A stretch of DNA of 64,000 bases from Oscillospiraceae bacterium (GTDB lineage: Bacteria; Bacillota; Clostridia; Oscillospirales; Oscillospiraceae): positions 55,961-119,960 of the forward strand of contig JAFWPP010000032.1 in the NCBI GenBank assembly GCA_017509485.1, written 5' to 3'. The position numbers and the translations under genes were made by a program. Positions 37,801 to 46,065 of the stretch are shown one piece after another (position 1 is the stretch's first letter; each line of letters starts with the position of its first letter). The notes below the pieces were generated by a model. It made no database searches, had not been told where the DNA came from, and saw nothing but the letters and a program-made list of their open reading frames with translations.

Positions 37801-39177
37801 GAACACGGGCTGCGGCCTGAGCTGCTGATCGGCGTCGCCACCCTCTTCACCGCCCTGGACTGCTTCCCCGCCGCCTCAGCCCTGCGGCCGCCCTTCACCG
37901 TGGTGGTGGGCGCCCTGCTGCTGATCGCCCTCTGGGGGCGCTATGACCGGGGCCTGGGCCTGATTACCACCGTCAAGGTCCTGCGGGCCGAGCAGCTCTC
38001 CGCGGGCGTCAGCGAGGTGCAGGACATCACCAAGGGCAGCCGCGGTCTGATCCGCACCGAGCCGGACGTGGATCAGTTCATGTCCAAGCTGGAGACCCGG
38101 GATCTGACCGACCGGGTGCTGCGAATCTATACCCCCATCGCCCTGGGCGTAGGCTTTGCCCTGACCCTGGCGATCAGCATCTGGCTGAAGCGCTCCTTCC
38201 TCTGGACCGGCGCCTTGGTCTTCCTGGGCAGTGTTCCGGTGACGGGTCTGCTGGCCTTCCCCCGGCTCTTCTGTCTGCTGGCCGGTCGGCTCTCCGGCGC
38301 CCAGGCCGCTCTCTGCGGCTATCACGGCGCGGAGGTATTTGGCGGGGAGCACTCGATCCTGATCGGGGACGAGGACATCTTCCCCGCGGGTTCTCTGACC
38401 CTCAACGGCTTTAAGGTCTACAACGGGAACCCCGATCGGGTGATCGCCTACGCAGCCGCGGCCTGCCGCAGCTCCGGAAGCGCCCTGGATCCGGTCTTTG
38501 AGGATCTGCTGGTGACCCACAACGGCCGCCACTACACGGTGGACAACTTCCGCTTCTACGACTCCGGCGGCATCGGCGCCAGCATCCAGCAGGACGTGGT
38601 GCTGCTGGGCTCCCTGGACTTCATGCGGCGCATGGGCGTTCATATGGACCGGGGCGCCCGGGTGAAGCAGGCGGTCTATATGTCCCTGAACGGAGAATTG
38701 GCCGCGGTCTTCGCCGTGCGCTACGCTCCCCCGGAAAACCTGCGCAAGGGTCTGGCCGCCATCGCGGGCAACCGCCACTTCAAGGGCATCCTGGTGACCC
38801 GGACCTTCCTGGGGACCCCGGGTTTCCTGAAGGCCAAATTCGGCATCCCCACCAGTGCCTTCCACTACCCCTCCACCAAGGAGCGGATCCGTCTGTCCGA
38901 GGCGGAGATGAAGCGATCCGGCGCCCAGGGCGCCATCCTGGCCCAGGACAGCTTCTCGGGCTTCGCCCAGGCAGCCGCCGGCGGTCGGATGCTCCGTTCC
39001 GCCACCCTCGGCGCGGCCATCCTCACGGTGCTGAGCGGCCTGGCGGGACTGGGATTGATGGCCATTCTGGCCGCCCTGCCGGCTACCGAGACCGCGACCG
39101 CTGTAAACCTGCTGCTCTACGCTGCGGCCTGGTTGGCCCCGACCCTGCTGCTGACCGCCTGGGGACGGCATTTTTAG
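34834..39177 (+). CDS. Large membrane protein: ~900-aa Pro/Glu/Ala-rich low-complexity region fused to an 8-TM P1B-ATPase-like module lacking catalytic motifs
   Basis: Single 4.3-kb ORF. The C-terminal ~540 aa show a 4+2+2 TM layout with a large loop. That loop aligns to the P-type ATPase P/N domains, but reads SVPVTGLLAFP where CPC-ALGLATP is expected and ILIGDEDIF where FDKTGTLT is expected. Confidence 0.8.
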   Translation: MKKRKEKLNITQPETPRPVPQPDLEQQSAADFAKHLAELFRTELGEEELFAQPPRTEPEPSEPERSPASAVSEPAEGPAAQEPEPPVEEPEPLTAEPESPPEEPELLMTEPESPAAEPAAPAAVEPDPRSETRVSRPEPLTKRLSEELLQEPTKTVLPAFDDKPFIPPQKDPTLEELFGPIGTEGASEDGEPTDRKLRESPPPETVREAVETAPRTELPTEPEPDPEAAEAKVPEHRPAPPSGLGKLRGRLQGLLATIRQATAPAEDESEWDAPAPEPGLPTETTEDSGPETELPAAEPAPSPESTPSETEAILLQLPPQETEAAAPAAPSALKIKLEESGFAAETSEQAAADRKPFALTLQYEAPEPDAEARPQVLDELFREALSEPPTDSPVPEEAPAASSLELPPEMRDELAAEPADQSSHAPELWDPHSLFSAPEDEGPPPLTPLSRDTTGSLPSLEDLFGVLPEAEAEPEPEPEPELRVRPKKQRGWLRSLWSGVAARLRSVPEEDGDEPLEEPGPDLAEISVEPEVAALLSDSELAAAFPESGPIDSHTETAAAEVPAEPAAIEAPAVSEAADAAAEPAAIEAPAVSEAADATAEPAATEAPDVSEAADVTAEPAPQPETAEPAAEETEDWDPLALFGGQAKDAELPTWEEYVRASKSAQAGAEPPAAEPETDAHEAPAAKPDAAVAVPPAPASGKTPDKPSADAADAPPQAHPPIQSMQELDAYLAELGIRVEPETPAPTAELPASEIQTAAPTDTAAQTVPMDLSSPAAQPAAPRTRARNAQGKGEALTLEDFLAAAVPMEDAKPPQQKPPVKEREPGRKKAPAAETISTVRENPDGLILARSDRPEAKGEAGRNANDEARKRAREAAAPVPSADVRPSQSPKLRHPAPQQEPEPIPEEPAILHPEEAYRIYAKPLDAVGSHLILTGLFTLLSLFFTLYLSQHWSFLPEIFSGGTTVYILLALLIAMVLVNRKLYFRQWRNEHGLRPELLIGVATLFTALDCFPAASALRPPFTVVVGALLLIALWGRYDRGLGLITTVKVLRAEQLSAGVSEVQDITKGSRGLIRTEPDVDQFMSKLETRDLTDRVLRIYTPIALGVGFALTLAISIWLKRSFLWTGALVFLGSVPVTGLLAFPRLFCLLAGRLSGAQAALCGYHGAEVFGGEHSILIGDEDIFPAGSLTLNGFKVYNGNPDRVIAYAAAACRSSGSALDPVFEDLLVTHNGRHYTVDNFRFYDSGGIGASIQQDVVLLGSLDFMRRMGVHMDRGARVKQAVYMSLNGELAAVFAVRYAPPENLRKGLAAIAGNRHFKGILVTRTFLGTPGFLKAKFGIPTSAFHYPSTKERIRLSEAEMKRSGAQGAILAQDSFSGFAQAAAGGRMLRSATLGAAILTVLSGLAGLGLMAILAALPATETATAVNLLLYAAAWLAPTLLLTAWGRHF
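36523..36700 (+). repeat. In-frame 54-nt tandem repeat (3.3 copies)
   Basis: Units start at 36523, 36577, 36631 and 36685 (GCGGAGCCTGCCGCCATCGAAGCACCCGCCGT...). They encode AEPAAIEAPAVSEAADA(A/T). Confidence 0.9.
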
Positions 39178-39208
39178 CAATTGACCGTTGAGAATTGACA
39201 ATTGCCAA

Positions 39209-39237
39209 TTGACTTTTTGAGCTTCTTCCTATATAAT
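39209..39237 (+). promoter_or_regulatory. Putative promoter of the EF-G paralogue
   Basis: TTGACT, 17 nt, TATAAT. The -35 overlaps a run of AATTG(A/C)C heptamers. Confidence 0.6.
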
Positions 39238-39295
39238 AAGTACCAATTGTGGCTGAAATTGGAGTTTTCATCCGCGTGAAAGGAGAATTTTATAA

Positions 39296-41338
39296 ATGTA
39301 CACTGCGAAGGATATCCGCAACATCGCCCTGCTGGGTCACGGCGGCGACGGCAAGTCCGCCCTGTGCGAGTGCATGCTGTTCAATACCAAGGTGATCACC
39401 CGTCTGGGCAGGCGTGCCGACGGCACCACCGTCTCCGACTTCGACGACGAGGAGAAGAAGAGACAGTATTCCATCAAGACCTCCGTGATCCCCGTGGAAT
39501 ACAACAAGACCAAGCTGAACATTCTGGACAACCCCGGCTACTTTGACTTCGCCGGCGAGGTGGTCCAGTCCCTGCGTGTGGCCGACAGCGGCGTCATCGT
39601 TCTGACCGCCAAGTCCGGCATCGCCGTCGGCACCGAGAAGGGCTGGAAGGCTCTGGCCGACCGGGAGCTGCCCGCTATGTTCTATATCTCCAAGCTGGAC
39701 GAGGAGCACGCCAACTTCTTCGGCACCCTGCAGAGCCTGCGGGATACCTTCGGCGCTTCTGTCGTTCCCTTCACCTTCCCCATCCTCAGCGGCGAGCAGC
39801 CCGTGGGCGTCGTCGATCTGATCGAGAAGAAGGCCTATGACGCCAGCGGCAAGGAGATCGCCCTGCCTGCCGACGCCGAAGAGAAGATCGAAGAGTATAT
39901 GATGGAGCTCAACGAGCAGGTCGCCGAGACCGACGAGGAGCTCATGGAAAAGTTCTTCATGGAAGAGCCCTTCACCGACGAAGAGCTGGCCCGCGGCATC
40001 AAGGCCGGTCTTGCCACCCGCACCATCACCCCCGTGTTCTGCGGCTGCTCCACCTCCGGTCTGGGCGTCAACAGCTTCATGGCCAACCTGGTCAAGTTCG
40101 CCCCCTCCCCCCTGGAGGGCAAGCCCATGGTCACCGTGGACGAGGACGGCAACGAGGGCGAGTTCCAGCTGAACCCCGCCGGCAGCCCCATGGCCTTTGT
40201 CTTCAACACCATGTCCGACCAGTACGGCAAGAACTCCTACTTCAAGGTCATCTCCGGCGACATTGAGGACACCCTCACCGTCGTCAACGGCCGCACCGGC
40301 TCCAACGAGAAGCTGGGCAACACCTTCTTCCCCCGCGGCAAGGAAAACATGAAGACCTCCAAGGTCTGCTGCGGCGACATCGGCGTGTTCACCAAGCTGG
40401 CCTCCGTCCGCACCGGCGACACCCTGGGCCTGGCGGGCAAGGTCGTGAACCTGAAGCCCATGGAGTATGACGAGCCCTGCTACCGCATGGCCATCTACGC
40501 CAAGACCAAGGGCCAGGAAGACAAGGTCGCCGCCGGCCTCGTGAAGCTCAACGAGGAAGACGCCTCCTTCACCTACGGCAACGATCCCGAGACCAAGGAA
40601 ATGATCATCGCCGGCGTCTGCGACATTCACCTGTCCGTCATCATCGCCAAGCTGGCCTCCAAGTACAAGGTCGAGGCCGAGCTCCGTCCCGCCAAGATCG
40701 CCTACCGCGAGACCATCAAGCGGAAGGTCGAGCAGCACGGCCGTCACAAGAAGCAGTCCGGCGGCCACGGCCAGTTCGGCGACGTCTATATCCGCTTCGA
40801 GCATCAGGATGAGCAGGAAGACATGATCTTCGCCGACGAGACCGTCGGCGGCTGCGTGCCCAAGAACTTCATCCCCTCCGTCGAAAAGGGCCTGCGCAAC
40901 TGCGTCAACAAAGGCGTGCTGGCCGGCTACCCCGTGGTGAACCTGAAGGCCACCCTGTACTTCGGCTCCTCCCACCCCGTTGACTCCTCCGATATGGCCT
41001 TCCAGACCGCCGCGGGCATCGCCTACAAGGAGGGCCTGCCCCAGGCCGGCCCCACCATCCTGGAGCCCATCGCCGAGCTGAAGGTCTTCGTGCCCGACTC
41101 CTACACCGGCGACGTGGTCGGCGACCTGAACAAGCGCCGCGGCCGCGTGATGGGTATGGGCGGCGGCGTCATCGAGGCCGAGGTCCCCATGGGCGAGATG
41201 AGCTCCTACGCCATCGACCTGCGCTCCATGACCCAGGGCCGCGGCTCCTACAGCATGAAGTTCGTCCGCTACGAGGAGGTTCCCCAGATGAATCAGGCTA
41301 AGATCATCGAGGAAGCCAAGAAGGACGAGGAAGAATAA
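39296..41338 (+). CDS. Elongation factor G family GTPase paralogue with divergent G motifs
   Basis: 680 aa with five-domain EF-G-like length and blocks. G1 is GHGGDGKS, G3 is DNPGY (Tyr where the catalytic His is normally found), G4 is SKLD. Confidence 0.9.
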   Translation: MYTAKDIRNIALLGHGGDGKSALCECMLFNTKVITRLGRRADGTTVSDFDDEEKKRQYSIKTSVIPVEYNKTKLNILDNPGYFDFAGEVVQSLRVADSGVIVLTAKSGIAVGTEKGWKALADRELPAMFYISKLDEEHANFFGTLQSLRDTFGASVVPFTFPILSGEQPVGVVDLIEKKAYDASGKEIALPADAEEKIEEYMMELNEQVAETDEELMEKFFMEEPFTDEELARGIKAGLATRTITPVFCGCSTSGLGVNSFMANLVKFAPSPLEGKPMVTVDEDGNEGEFQLNPAGSPMAFVFNTMSDQYGKNSYFKVISGDIEDTLTVVNGRTGSNEKLGNTFFPRGKENMKTSKVCCGDIGVFTKLASVRTGDTLGLAGKVVNLKPMEYDEPCYRMAIYAKTKGQEDKVAAGLVKLNEEDASFTYGNDPETKEMIIAGVCDIHLSVIIAKLASKYKVEAELRPAKIAYRETIKRKVEQHGRHKKQSGGHGQFGDVYIRFEHQDEQEDMIFADETVGGCVPKNFIPSVEKGLRNCVNKGVLAGYPVVNLKATLYFGSSHPVDSSDMAFQTAAGIAYKEGLPQAGPTILEPIAELKVFVPDSYTGDVVGDLNKRRGRVMGMGGGVIEAEVPMGEMSSYAIDLRSMTQGRGSYSMKFVRYEEVPQMNQAKIIEEAKKDEEE

Positions 41339-41352
41339 TCCCGATCTGCGCC

Positions 41353-41387
41353 AAAACGCGGGAAGCCCACAGCTTCCCGCGTTTTTC
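41353..41387 (+). terminator. Intrinsic terminator
   Basis: AAAACGCGGGAAGC-ccaca-GCTTCCCGCGTTTTT. Confidence 0.85.
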
Positions 41388-41646
41388 TTGTCTGCGGAGG
41401 GATTTCTACGATTCATACGAATATTTGATAAAAAAGTCAGAAACTTTTTTATCCGGCATCCACTTTCTGTGGTTGCCGCCCGGCGCAAAGAGATGAAAAA
41501 GACCCAGAAGGAGCTGGCGGAACGGGCGGCGGTGGATTTCTGGCATGGGATGAAGTTTGCCGCCCTGGTCGCCGTTCTCCTTTCAGCGGCCGTGAGCGCT
41601 TCGCTCCGGGGATAGCCGCTCCGTTGTTTCCGCCTCCCGCTTCGTC

Positions 41647-42042
41647 TCAGAGCTTCCCCCGCTCCCGCAGGATCCGTTCCACCAGCTCCACGCACTCAAA
41701 GACCAGCGCATCGCAGTGGGGCTTCTTTTCCCGGCCCAGCTCCTTGTTGCGGCGCAGCAGATCCGCGCAGTCCAGCATGCCCTCGTGCCGTTCCCGGAGC
41801 AGCCCATAGTACTCCGCAGGATTGTCGATGCCGAACAGGCCCAACACCACCAGGCCCCCCGTAATGGCGCCGCAGGCGGAGGCCCGTTTCAGCCCGCCGC
41901 CGAAATTCGCGCAGATGCCCAGAGCCTGGGCCTCCGTAAGGCCGGCGTCCGCGGCAAAGGGCAGCACCACCGACTGCCCACAGTTGTAATGGGGCGTAAC
42001 GATGGCCCGCAGTTCTTTCGCTCTGTCCAGATATTTGCTCAT
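41647..42042 (-). CDS. C_GCAxxG_C_C family protein
   Basis: HYNCGQSVV... and ACGAITGG motifs characteristic of this family. The ORF is 131 aa. Confidence 0.8.
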   Translation of the reverse strand: MSKYLDRAKELRAIVTPHYNCGQSVVLPFAADAGLTEAQALGICANFGGGLKRASACGAITGGLVVLGLFGIDNPAEYYGLLRERHEGMLDCADLLRRNKELGREKKPHCDALVFECVELVERILRERGKL

Positions 42043-42137
42043 GGTTTCCTCCTATAACATGTCGCAGTTGTGATGCCCCCTTCGGCCCGTTTCCCTGTCT
42101 CGTCAGGAGGGCAGCCGGGGGCATCGGCCCCTGCGGA

Positions 42138-42641
42138 TTACAATTCCAGCGTCATGCAGTCCACGTCGTAATATTTCCCGCCGATTTTGAAGTACTTGGG
42201 GAAGGTGCCGTAGCTGGTAAAGCCGAACTTTCGGTAGAGGGCCTTGGCCCGCTCGTTGTCGGCCCGGACCTCCAGGGAGACCAGCTCCGCGCCGCTCTCC
42301 TTCGCAAAGGCCAGCATTCGCTCCATGAGGCCGCTGCCGATGCCCCTGCCCCAGTAGTCCCGCAGAACGGAGATCGCCAGGTTGCGGCGGTGGGTCAGGC
42401 GGGGGTTGCCGTTGCCGTCCACACAGGCGTTGCCCACGATCTTCTCCCCGTCCAGGGCCAGAAAGAACCGGCTGTGGGGGCTCCTGGCCATCCGCTCCAG
42501 CAGGGCCGCCTCCTGCTCCACCGTGAAGGGGATGCCTTGGGCGCCGAAGGTCAGATTGTCGGTCTCCCCGCCCACCTGCTTCAAATACTCCAAAAGCCTG
42601 GCCGCATCAGCGGGTCCGGGCGTGCGATAGACGATCTCCAT
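42138..42641 (-). CDS. GNAT family N-acetyltransferase
   Basis: Acetyl-CoA binding block VLRDYWGRGIGSGLMERMLAFA. Start at ATG 42641, after GGAGGAGG. Confidence 0.85.
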   Translation of the reverse strand: MEIVYRTPGPADAARLLEYLKQVGGETDNLTFGAQGIPFTVEQEAALLERMARSPHSRFFLALDGEKIVGNACVDGNGNPRLTHRRNLAISVLRDYWGRGIGSGLMERMLAFAKESGAELVSLEVRADNERAKALYRKFGFTSYGTFPKYFKIGGKYYDVDCMTLEL

Positions 42642-43188
42642 AGCCACCCCTCCTCCGGTCGATTTCATAGTCTTCCTTCCTCAGCTCCATCTGCACCATG
42701 CCGTTCTCCACGCCGCGCTCCTGAAAGCCCACAGCCTTGTGGATGCGGAAGGCCGCGTCCCGGCTGGTCTCAAATTCGTTGTGCAGGCGCGAAACGCCGG
42801 CCACCCGGAAGGCCCGGTCCAGCAGCAGACGAAGACCTTGCTTTCCATATCCCTTTCCCCGCTCCGGGGCGTAGATCACGATGCCCATGTCCCACCAGTC
42901 CCGCTCCGGATTGTAGTGGAAATTCACGTCTCCCACAAGGGCCCCGTCGGCTTTGCGGCGCAGAAAGGCGTAGAAGCGTCTGGGCTCGGCACCGATCCAA
43001 TTTGCTTGCAGGTCCAGCCATTCCTTCTCCGGCTCCGGAATGCAGCCGTCCGGTGGGAACCAGGGTGCGTTATAGGCCATCGTCGCCGGGTCGGACAGCA
43101 TCTGCACATAGAACCAGCCGTCCTCCGGCCTCGGAATATAAAGCTCCAGAGCCTCTGCCCAGTGCTCAAAGTCCTTTTGATCCGGCAT
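42607..43188 (-). CDS. GNAT family N-acetyltransferase (RimJ/RimL-like)
   Basis: Block IVIYAPERGKGYGKQGLRLLLDRAF. Its 3' end overlaps the next GNAT gene by 35 nt. Confidence 0.8.
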   Translation of the reverse strand: MPDQKDFEHWAEALELYIPRPEDGWFYVQMLSDPATMAYNAPWFPPDGCIPEPEKEWLDLQANWIGAEPRRFYAFLRRKADGALVGDVNFHYNPERDWWDMGIVIYAPERGKGYGKQGLRLLLDRAFRVAGVSRLHNEFETSRDAAFRIHKAVGFQERGVENGMVQMELRKEDYEIDRRRGGYGDRLSHARTR

Positions 43189-43204
43189 CGGATCCCCCCC
43201 TTCC

Positions 43205-44089
43205 TTATAGGGTCAATCTCGTCTGCTCCCAGGGCTCCGGCAGCTCCGCCATCCAGCGAAAGCAGGCCTCGGGACTGTGAAGCAGCTTGTGGGTCTCGCA
43301 AAATTCGTGGAACAGGGCCATCAGTCGGTCCCGCCTGGGGCTGGAAAGCTCGTAGGCGTTCCCGTAGGTACGGATATAGCGCTCCTTGAGGCCGGGGAAA
43401 TGCCGGTCCAGGGCCGCGTAATAGTATTCCCGGTCCCCCTCCCGCAGGGTCAGGCCCATGTCGAAGCAGATGATCCCCTGTACCCCCGCCTCCGCGCAGG
43501 CCTCCAGAATGGCCGAGACGTTTTCTTCCCTGTCGTTGATCCAGGGCAGAATGGGCGTCAGCCAGACCAGGGTGGGGATGCCCCGCTCCCCCAGGGCCGC
43601 CAGCACCTCCAGCCGCCGCTGGGTGTTGCAGACCCGGGGCTCCAAAATCGCGCAGAGGGCCGGATCCCAGGTGGTGAGGGTCATCTGCACCACGCACTTT
43701 GTCCGGCGGTGGATTTCCTCCAGCAGGTCCAGGTCCCGGAGGATCCGGTCGGACTTGGTCTGGATCGCGGCCCCGAAGCCGTACTGCCGGATCAGCTCCA
43801 GACAGCGCCGGGTCAAGCCCAGCTCAGTCTCACAGTGCATATAGGGGTCCGACATGGAGCCGGTGCCGATCATGCAGGGCTTCCGGCGGGCCTTCAGCAC
43901 CGCCTCCAGCAGGGCCGGAGCGTTGCGCTTGACCTCGATGTCCTCAAAGGCATGGGTGAAGCCGTAGCAGCGGCTGCGGCTGTCGCAATAGATACAGCCG
44001 TGGCTGCAGCCCCGGTAGACGTTCATCCCCAGCAGCCCCCCGCTGTTGTGCAGCAGACTTTTGGCTTCAATGAAGTGCATGGACGCCAC
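43205..44089 (-). CDS. Radical SAM protein, SPL/DNA-photolyase-like family
   Basis: CxxxCxxC cluster motif CSHGCIYC near the N-terminus. 294 aa with a TIM-barrel-like layout, as in COG1533-type proteins. Confidence 0.85.
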   Translation of the reverse strand: MASMHFIEAKSLLHNSGGLLGMNVYRGCSHGCIYCDSRSRCYGFTHAFEDIEVKRNAPALLEAVLKARRKPCMIGTGSMSDPYMHCETELGLTRRCLELIRQYGFGAAIQTKSDRILRDLDLLEEIHRRTKCVVQMTLTTWDPALCAILEPRVCNTQRRLEVLAALGERGIPTLVWLTPILPWINDREENVSAILEACAEAGVQGIICFDMGLTLREGDREYYYAALDRHFPGLKERYIRTYGNAYELSSPRRDRLMALFHEFCETHKLLHSPEACFRWMAELPEPWEQTRLTL

Positions 44090-44106
44090 CTCCCGGGCAA
44101 ATGAAA

Positions 44107-44493
44107 TCAGAGCCCCAGTACGCCGGTATCATAGCCGTAGGCGGCGCAGAGCTCCTTCAGGCCGCTCAGAATCTCCTCCCGGGAGAAGTCTGCTCTGCCC
44201 AGGGCTTCATCGCTCATCCCGTTGAGCGCCTCGTAGAAGCCCAGACCGGCGGGCAGGGCCTCCGGGTCGCCCTCCTCCACGGCGGCGAACAGCAGATTCT
44301 CGGCCTCGCCCACTCGCCCCGCCTCCAGCAGGGCTCCCAGCCGGAAGCTCAGGGTGTTGGCGTCTCCCGGCTCGGGCTGTTTCGTTTCCAGATGATAGTC
44401 GCTGCGGAGCTCTGCCCCCTTGCCCAGGAGCAGGGAAAACACGTAGCGCGTGATGGTCTCAATCTGCCGCATCAGCCAGTCCTGCCGATACAT
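44107..44493 (-). CDS. Hypothetical protein
   Basis: Start at ATG 44493 (MYRQDWLMRQIE), 8 nt after GGAGG. No family recognised. Confidence 0.6.
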   Translation of the reverse strand: MYRQDWLMRQIETITRYVFSLLLGKGAELRSDYHLETKQPEPGDANTLSFRLGALLEAGRVGEAENLLFAAVEEGDPEALPAGLGFYEALNGMSDEALGRADFSREEILSGLKELCAAYGYDTGVLGL

Positions 44494-44963
44494 CGCCCTC
44501 GCCTCCGCTTCGGCGGTCCGGTCCCGCCTGTTTTTTCCCATTCTACCACAAAGCGGCTCCGGATGCAAGCTCCCGCGGCCTCTTTCTGCGGCCCGGAGCT
44601 TCGGACTGTCGAAGAAGCGGCGAAGCAGGCAGGACAGTCAGGCATGAAACAGAGCGCCGGCAGCGTGGAACAAATGCAAAAAACACGGCGCAGAGTTGTT
44701 TCGCCCCGTCGAAGCGCTCGGAGCTCGACACGCTTCGACGCGGCGGAAGAAGTCTATAAACAGTTTTTTTACAAGCCCTCCCTGCAGGCGGGTTCTTCCG
44801 GGCAGCGCGGCACCGGAGGCATGCCTTGTGCAGGAATCCGCGTCCCCGCCGTTGAAAACGGGAAAGCGCAGCTTTTTTGCAGGAAGGGATAGCTTTTTTC
44901 GGAAAAGCGTGCTATAATAGCGGATACTTGAACGAGATAACGCTTTTGAAAGGAGGCGGCAAT

Positions 44964-46010
44964 ATGTATTTTGACGCCGACGCGATCTCCTTCCCCGGGT
45001 TGGGGATCCAGGAGATCAATCCGCCCCGGACCTTGCCCTTCTCCATCTTCGGCAAGGAGATCTATTTCTACGGGCTGATCATCGCCCTGGGCTTCCTGCT
45101 GGCCATCCTCTACGCAAGGAAACGGGCCAAGGAGTTCGGCACCGATTTTGACCGGGTGACGGACGCGATCCTTTTCGCGGTTCCCATGGCCATCATCTGC
45201 GCCCGGATCTACTATGTGGTCTTCCGGTGGGACAACTACAAGGACAATCCCATCTCAGCCCTCTACATCTGGGAGGGCGGCATCGCCATCTACGGCGGCG
45301 TCATCGGCGCCATCCTGGGCCTGCTGCTCTTCGCCAAGCTGAAAAAGCAGAAGCTTAGCCCCTATCTGGACATCATGGCCCTGGGCCTGCTGATCGGCCA
45401 GTGCATCGGCCGCTGGGGAAACTTCTTCAATCGGGAGGCCTACGGCGCGGAGATCTTCAACGATTTCTTTCTGCGCATGGGGCTGACGGACCGCTTCGGT
45501 GTGCTCCGCTACTGGCACCCCACCTTCCTCTATGAGTCCGTCTGGAATCTGATCGGCTTCGTGCTGCTGCATTGCCTGTCCAAGAAGCGGAGGTACGACG
45601 GCCAGACCTTCCTGCAGTACCTGGCCTGGTACGGCCTGGGCCGGTTCTGGATCGAAGGGCTGCGGACCGATTCCCTCTATCTCTTCGGCACCGGCATCCG
45701 GGTGAGTCAGCTCCTGGCGGGCCTCAGCTTCCTGTTGTCCGTGGGCGTGATGCTCTATATCCGCCTCTACAAAAACCCGGACGGCAGCGGAATGCTGGTC
45801 AATCAGGCAGCCAAAAGCGGGGAAGCGGAAACGGAGGAAGCGGATGCGCATGTGGAATCCGCCGCAGATGCCCCTGTGGAATCCGCCGCAGATGCCCCTG
45901 TGGAAGACGCTGCAGATACCCCTGTGGAAGAAGATGCTGCAGATACCCCAGTGGAAGAAGATGCTGCAGAACCTGCCGAAGACGCAGATGTCTCTGACAG
46001 CGCTGAATAA
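44964..46010 (+). CDS. lgt: Prolipoprotein diacylglyceryl transferase with an acidic repeat tail
   Basis: Lgt signature GRWGNFFNREAYG and GGIAIYGGVIGAILG. Start at ATG 44964 after AGGAGG. The ~70-aa C-terminal D/E/A/P tail is encoded by tandem repeats. Confidence 0.92.
   Translation: MYFDADAISFPGLGIQEINPPRTLPFSIFGKEIYFYGLIIALGFLLAILYARKRAKEFGTDFDRVTDAILFAVPMAIICARIYYVVFRWDNYKDNPISALYIWEGGIAIYGGVIGAILGLLLFAKLKKQKLSPYLDIMALGLLIGQCIGRWGNFFNREAYGAEIFNDFFLRMGLTDRFGVLRYWHPTFLYESVWNLIGFVLLHCLSKKRRYDGQTFLQYLAWYGLGRFWIEGLRTDSLYLFGTGIRVSQLLAGLSFLLSVGVMLYIRLYKNPDGSGMLVNQAAKSGEAETEEADAHVESAADAPVESAADAPVEDAADTPVEEDAADTPVEEDAAEPAEDADVSDSAE
45852..45977 (+). repeat. Degenerate 24-27-nt in-frame tandem repeats (5 units)
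   Basis: GTGGAATCCGCCGCAGATGCCCCT twice, then GTGGAAGACGCTGCAGATACCCCT, then two GTGGAAGAAGATGCTGCAGA... units. Confidence 0.85.
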
Positions 46011-46016
46011 CCAAAA

Positions 46017-46062
46017 CCCATCAAAAGGGCCCGCGGATTGCTCCGCGGGCCCTTTTGATGGG
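46017..46062. terminator. Bidirectional terminator hairpin
   Basis: CCCATCAAAAGGGCCCGCGGA-ttgc-TCCGCGGGCCCTTTTGATGGG: perfect 21-bp stem between convergent genes. Confidence 0.85.
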
Positions 46063-46065
46063 CGA

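Noticed and set aside
41493-41615. 40-aa ORF (MKKTQKELAERAAVDFWHGMKFAALVAVLLSAAVSASLRG) in the 300-nt gap after the EF-G paralogue.
   Set aside because: It has only a weak purine tract directly abutting the ATG and lies downstream of a strong terminator with no visible promoter. It may be real, but it cannot be supported from sequence alone.
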